From positions 3,494-67,493 of the forward strand of contig DAHXMV010000002.1 of NCBI GenBank assembly GCA_027371535.1: a stretch of DNA of 64,000 nt. The letters run 5' to 3'. The position numbers and the translations under genes are program-made. Positions 60,563 to 64,000 of the stretch are shown one piece after another. Positions within the stretch are counted from its first letter, which is position 1. The number at the start of each line of letters is the position of its first letter. This DNA comes from Candidatus Amesbacteria bacterium (lineage in GTDB: Bacteria > Patescibacteriota > Microgenomatia > CAZETR01 > Amesbacteraceae). A model generated the notes under the pieces. That model worked only from the letters and a program-made list of their open reading frames with translations, did no database searches and was not told the origin of the DNA.

Positions 60563-61420
60563 TTGTATATGATACTGATTCCGGAAAAATGGATTGATTA
60601 TGAGTTAACAGATTCCGGTGAGGAGCAAAAACTGGAAAGATGGGGACAATTTACTACCATAAGACCGGAGCCGAGGGCGATCTGGAAAAAAAGCGAGCCC
60701 AAATTGTGGGGGCAGGCACAGGGAATATTTAATGAAGACTGGCAATTTAAGACTCCCCCGCCCCGACCCTGGCAGATAGCTTATGACAAAATAAAATTTG
60801 TTCTTAAACCGACCGAATTCAAACATACGGGAGTTTTTCCGGAACAAGCAGTAAATTGGCTATGGATAGCCAATAAAATCACAAATTGCAAATCACAGGT
60901 TCCGAATCCGAAAATATTAAATTTGTTTGCGTATACGGGGGGGGCAACGATGGCGGCAGCATTGGCAGGTGCCCCGGTGACACATGTGGATGCGTCACGC
61001 CCCGCGATGATGTGGGCGTCTGAAAATGCCAAATTGTCCGGAATAGCGAAAGACAAAATCAGATGGATACAGGATGATGCCTTGAAGTTCATTAACCGGG
61101 AAATCAAGAGAGGCCAAAAATACGAGGCTATAATCATGGATCCGCCGAGATTCGGAAGAGGGATGAAGGGGGAAGTGTGGAAGCTTTTAGATAATCTGCC
61201 GGAGTTGGTTTATGCCTGTAAACAGGTACTTTCAGATAATCCCATGTTTTGGCTTGTGAATGCTTATACAGCGGATATGTCGAGTGTGGTTTTAGAAAAT
61301 TTACTCTCCGGAGTAACCGGCGATTTGGGCGGAATCGTAGAGGCAGGGGAACTGGGATTAAAAGAGACGGCAGGAGGAAGGATTTTACCGGCCGGGTTAT
61401 TTGCCAGGTGGAGCAAATAA
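60563..61420 (+). CDS. class I SAM-dependent RNA methyltransferase (RlmI/COG1092-like catalytic domain, no PUA domain)
   Basis: 285 aa. LNLFAYTGG (SAM motif I) and IIMDPPRF align with RlmI's LNCFSYTGG and IVMDPPKF. Confidence 0.7.
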   Translation: MYMILIPEKWIDYELTDSGEEQKLERWGQFTTIRPEPRAIWKKSEPKLWGQAQGIFNEDWQFKTPPPRPWQIAYDKIKFVLKPTEFKHTGVFPEQAVNWLWIANKITNCKSQVPNPKILNLFAYTGGATMAAALAGAPVTHVDASRPAMMWASENAKLSGIAKDKIRWIQDDALKFINREIKRGQKYEAIIMDPPRFGRGMKGEVWKLLDNLPELVYACKQVLSDNPMFWLVNAYTADMSSVVLENLLSGVTGDLGGIVEAGELGLKETAGGRILPAGLFARWSK

Positions 61421-61541
61421 AAATTTCTTATGAATCAAAATTTGAAGAGATTACCGGAAACTGACCGGGAGTTTTCAAAGCTATCCAAAAAAAGGTGCCA
61501 CAGAGGCGTTTAAAAATTACCTAGTAACAGATTCCGTTCAA

Positions 61542-61742
61542 TTGCCACAGGAAGCAATGCTAATATATACCGCTGAAAATATCTGCAAGGCCATGGCGAT
61601 GAGTCCGGGAGAAAATTTGGTTTGGGTTTCAGAGGACGGAATGATTTCCAAATCCGGGGAAATGGGATTTACGCGGGGATTCTATAAAGCGCTAGCAGGA
61701 GAAAAAATATTATTTAAAGGTATGGGAAATACTAACAAATAG
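61542..61742 (+). CDS. small hypothetical protein
   Basis: 66-aa ORF convergent with ybaK, overlapping its 3' end by 11 nt. Weak support. Confidence 0.25.
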   Translation: MPQEAMLIYTAENICKAMAMSPGENLVWVSEDGMISKSGEMGFTRGFYKALAGEKILFKGMGNTNK

Positions 61743-62211
61743 GGATAATTTCAGCGGAAGTAAGTTTAATGAGGGTTTGGGGTGAGACGCCAAATAGAGT
61801 GTGGGGGTGGCCGGCGGCGGCATAAATGACATCATAATGCATTAAATCCCGGTCGATCATGGTCCGGAGAGGGGCTTTGTGACCGACAGGAGGAACTCCC
61901 CCAACGGCAAAACCGGTCTTTTCCAAAACGTAATCGGGGGCGGCGGTTTTAATTTTGGCATGCAGATACTCACCTACTTTAGTTTTATCCACCCGGTTAT
62001 TACCACTGGCGATTATTAAAACCGGCCCTTTGGTGACGACGTCATAAAAGACAAGTGATTTGGCAATCTGACCCAACCCACAACCTAAGGCGGCAGCCGC
62101 GTCGGCAGCAGTAGCAGTGGATGCAGTCAGTAGTCTGACGTCGGGTTTCAGATCATGGTTTTCCAGCCAGGATTTGACTATTTGGGCCTCGTGAGGCAGG
62201 TTTGCAGACAT
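61732..62211 (-). CDS. ybaK: YbaK/ProX-family aminoacyl-tRNA deacylase
   Basis: 159 aa. YbaK/EbsC domain blocks (GCGLGQIAKSLVF, AVGGVPPVGH). Confidence 0.8.
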   Translation of the reverse strand: MSANLPHEAQIVKSWLENHDLKPDVRLLTASTATAADAAAALGCGLGQIAKSLVFYDVVTKGPVLIIASGNNRVDKTKVGEYLHAKIKTAAPDYVLEKTGFAVGGVPPVGHKAPLRTMIDRDLMHYDVIYAAAGHPHTLFGVSPQTLIKLTSAEIIPIC

Positions 62212-62276
62212 AAAAGGGATTATATGATAAAATCTATTAATTGTTTTCTTGTTCTCTTTGATGGGGGTGACTTAAC

Positions 62277-62537
62277 ATTAACAACAAAAAACTTTTCGTC
62301 GGGAATTTAAATTGGGCAGTCACCTCTGACATGCTGAAGCAGGCATTTGCCAAAGCAGGAACTGTGGTAGACGCAGTTGTCCTTTCTGATCGAGTTACCG
62401 GCCGGAGCAAAGGATTCGGATTCGTCGAGATGGGATCTGAAGATGAAGCAAATAAAGCTATTCAAATGTTCCATGAGCAGGACTTCGAAGGAAGAAAGAT
62501 GACGGTAAACGTAGCCAGACCAAAACCAGAGAAGTAA
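62277..62537 (+). CDS. RRM-type RNA-binding protein; predicted non-AUG (AUU) start
   Basis: RNP-1 KGFGFVEM and RNP-2 KLFVGNL are both in frame, but RNP-2 lies 13 codons upstream of the first ATG (62331). The frame opens at 62271. ATT at 62277 sits 7 nt after a strong GGGGGTGA Shine-Dalgarno. Confidence 0.6.
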   Translation: MNNKKLFVGNLNWAVTSDMLKQAFAKAGTVVDAVVLSDRVTGRSKGFGFVEMGSEDEANKAIQMFHEQDFEGRKMTVNVARPKPEK

Positions 62538-62564
62538 ACTCTTTTTGGAATATACGTTTCTTAA

Positions 62565-62591
62565 GAAATCCGGGCTTATGACCCGGATTTC
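62565..62591 (+). terminator. 10-bp perfect hairpin (gaaatccggg / cccggatttc, loop cttatga) 28 nt downstream of the RRM gene stop
   Basis: Read directly. Followed by cggtttg, a weak U-tract. A nested palindrome ttcttaagaa lies immediately upstream. Confidence 0.4.
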
Positions 62592-62605
62592 CGGTTTGAA
62601 AAGGT

Positions 62606-63148
62606 GTGTTTTATAATGACACCATGAAGGTTGTTATGTGGATGGCGATGTCTTTAAACGGGATGATTGCGGGTATAGATAACAATGAGGATTTCATATC
62701 TCATGACTCATGGCTGGAATGGTTGAAATGGGTTAAAAAGAGCGGATGCCTGGTATGGGGGCGAAAAACTTATGAAATAGTAAAAACGTGGGATAAACGA
62801 TATTTTGAAGATATTAAAGGAGTGCGGGCGGTAATTGTTTCCAAAAATAAGGACTTTCAAGTTAAAAGCGGCTTTGTTTTGGTTAGCTCTCCAAAAGAAG
62901 CTTTTGAATATCTAAGTCGAGAGGGTTTTGAAACCGTGGTTGTAACGGGAGGTTCGGAAAATAATAGCTCTTTTGCCAAAGCAGGTTTAATCGACGAGGT
63001 CGTTCTGAATATTGAACCGGTGTTGGTCGGCCAGGGCATACCCCTATTAAAACCTTCTGATATTGAACAAAGGCTTAAATTGCAGGATGTAATAAAGATT
63101 ACTCCTCAACTTATACAATTGCACTATGAGGTGCTTAAGGAAATATAA
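62606..63148 (+). CDS. dihydrofolate reductase-like protein (RibD C-terminal domain family)
   Basis: 180 aa. MSLNGMIAG...WLEW..VWGRKTYE...VVVTGGSE and a C-terminal beta strand, typical of the PF01872-like fold. Confidence 0.7.
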   Translation: MFYNDTMKVVMWMAMSLNGMIAGIDNNEDFISHDSWLEWLKWVKKSGCLVWGRKTYEIVKTWDKRYFEDIKGVRAVIVSKNKDFQVKSGFVLVSSPKEAFEYLSREGFETVVVTGGSENNSSFAKAGLIDEVVLNIEPVLVGQGIPLLKPSDIEQRLKLQDVIKITPQLIQLHYEVLKEI

Positions 63149-63222
63149 ATTAAGTGTGAATCAATTTCTGCAACCAGGGGTACAATTTTTTTCAGGATGG
63201 GATCGTCTTCGGAAGACATGTT

Positions 63223-64000
63223 TTAGCTGACGACTTTGCCTTCTTCGGGCTCGTCAGGTTTCTTGGGCTCTTCAGCCGGAGGTTGCTGGGGTTCGGGACC
63301 GGACTGCTGGTACATTGAACTGCCTAATTTTTGCAGGGAATCCATGAGGTCTTTGGATTTGGCTTCCAGATCCTCCTTGGTACCGGTGTCCAGGACAGCT
63401 TTTAAAGCGGCCATTTTGTCTTCGACTTCTTTTTTCAAATCTACCGGGGCTTTGTCGCCGGCGTCTTTTAAGGTTTTCTCGGCAGTAAAGATGACCGAAT
63501 CGGCCTGATTCCGGGTTTCTATCTTTGCCTTCTTCTCGGCGTCTTCGGTGGCAAACTTATCGGCTTCCGCTTTCATCCGGTCAACTTCTTTCTGGTCCAG
63601 GTTGGTGGAGTTGGTGATAGTAATATGCTGGACTTTGTTGGTAGCCTTGTCATGGGCCGTAACTTTCAAAATGCCGGAGGCATCGATATCAAAAGCGACC
63701 TCGACCTGCGGAATACCGCGGGGGGCGGGAGGAATACCGTCTAAAATAAACCGGCCCAGAGTTTTATTGTCTGCAGCCATCGGGCGTTCGCCCTGAAGCA
63801 CGTGAATTTCAACGGAGGTCTGGCTGTCCGCAGCGGTACTGAAGACCTGAGACTTGCTGGTGGGAATAGTAGTATTCCGTTCGATCAGGGGGGTCATGAC
63901 AGAGCCGTAAGTTTCCACACCGAGGGTCAGCGGGGTGACATCCAACAGGACGATATCTTTGACGTCACCGGTCAAAACACCACCCTGAATTGCCGCTCCG
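63223..64000 (-). CDS. dnaK: molecular chaperone DnaK, C-terminal part (gene continues beyond window end)
   Basis: Substrate-binding domain [32 protein letters not shown], helical lid, acidic tail. The N-terminus lies beyond position 64000. Confidence 0.93.
   Translation of the reverse strand, partial: GAAIQGGVLTGDVKDIVLLDVTPLTLGVETYGSVMTPLIERNTTIPTSKSQVFSTAADSQTSVEIHVLQGERPMAADNKTLGRFILDGIPPAPRGIPQVEVAFDIDASGILKVTAHDKATNKVQHITITNSTNLDQKEVDRMKAEADKFATEDAEKKAKIETRNQADSVIFTAEKTLKDAGDKAPVDLKKEVEDKMAALKAVLDTGTKEDLEAKSKDLMDSLQKLGSSMYQQSGPEPQQPPAEEPKKPDEPEEGKVVS

Noticed and set aside
1-64000. Alternative genetic code (UGA recoding as in Gracilibacteria/SR1)
   Set aside because: Long conserved genes (rpoB, rpoC, fusA, ftsK) are uninterrupted under the standard code, and TGA terminates several well-defined genes. 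The single in-frame stop found is TAA, not TGA.
1-64000. tRNA, rRNA, tmRNA or RNase P RNA genes and CRISPR arrays
   Set aside because: No intergenic region is long enough. No T-loop-like GGTTCGA motifs were found in intergenic DNA. No direct-repeat and spacer periodicity seen.

Overview
This 64-kb window is dominated by core transcription and translation genes, standard genetic code, roughly 50% GC. Minus strand: rpsI–rplM–rplQ–rpoA–rpsD | rpsG–rpsL–rpoC–rpoB, then mltG, ruvX, a sortase next to a large FtsA/PilM-like membrane protein, alaS, a MEMO–CapA fusion, rodZ-like, ftsK, rnj, a UDG, a standalone Lon AAA+ module, and pnp–rpsO–(DHH-like)–infB–nusA. Plus strand: fusA | [AT-rich 3-gene insert] | tuf–S10–spc–secY–adk–map–infA–rpmJ–rpsM–rpsK, ending in a frameshifted ABC/AAA_21-type ATPase, an RNA methyltransferase, ybaK, an RRM protein, a DHFR-like protein and the 3' part of dnaK. 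Several traits fit a reduced-genome Patescibacteria/CPR-like organism: no rpmD (L30) between rpsE and rplO, a short 461-aa IF-2, a 602-aa AlaRS lacking the C-Ala domain, sortase and surface proteins, and weak Shine-Dalgarno usage. The canonical str and S10–spc–alpha operons are broken at exact gene junctions. Items worth a second look: an HD hydrolase with an in-frame TAA, an ATPase split at a T5 run, a Lon ATPase with no protease domain, an RRM gene whose RNP-2 motif lies upstream of any ATG, a perfect sigma70 promoter that gives a leaderless mRNA, and a terminator hairpin abutting the rplC start. No tRNA, rRNA or CRISPR array was seen.
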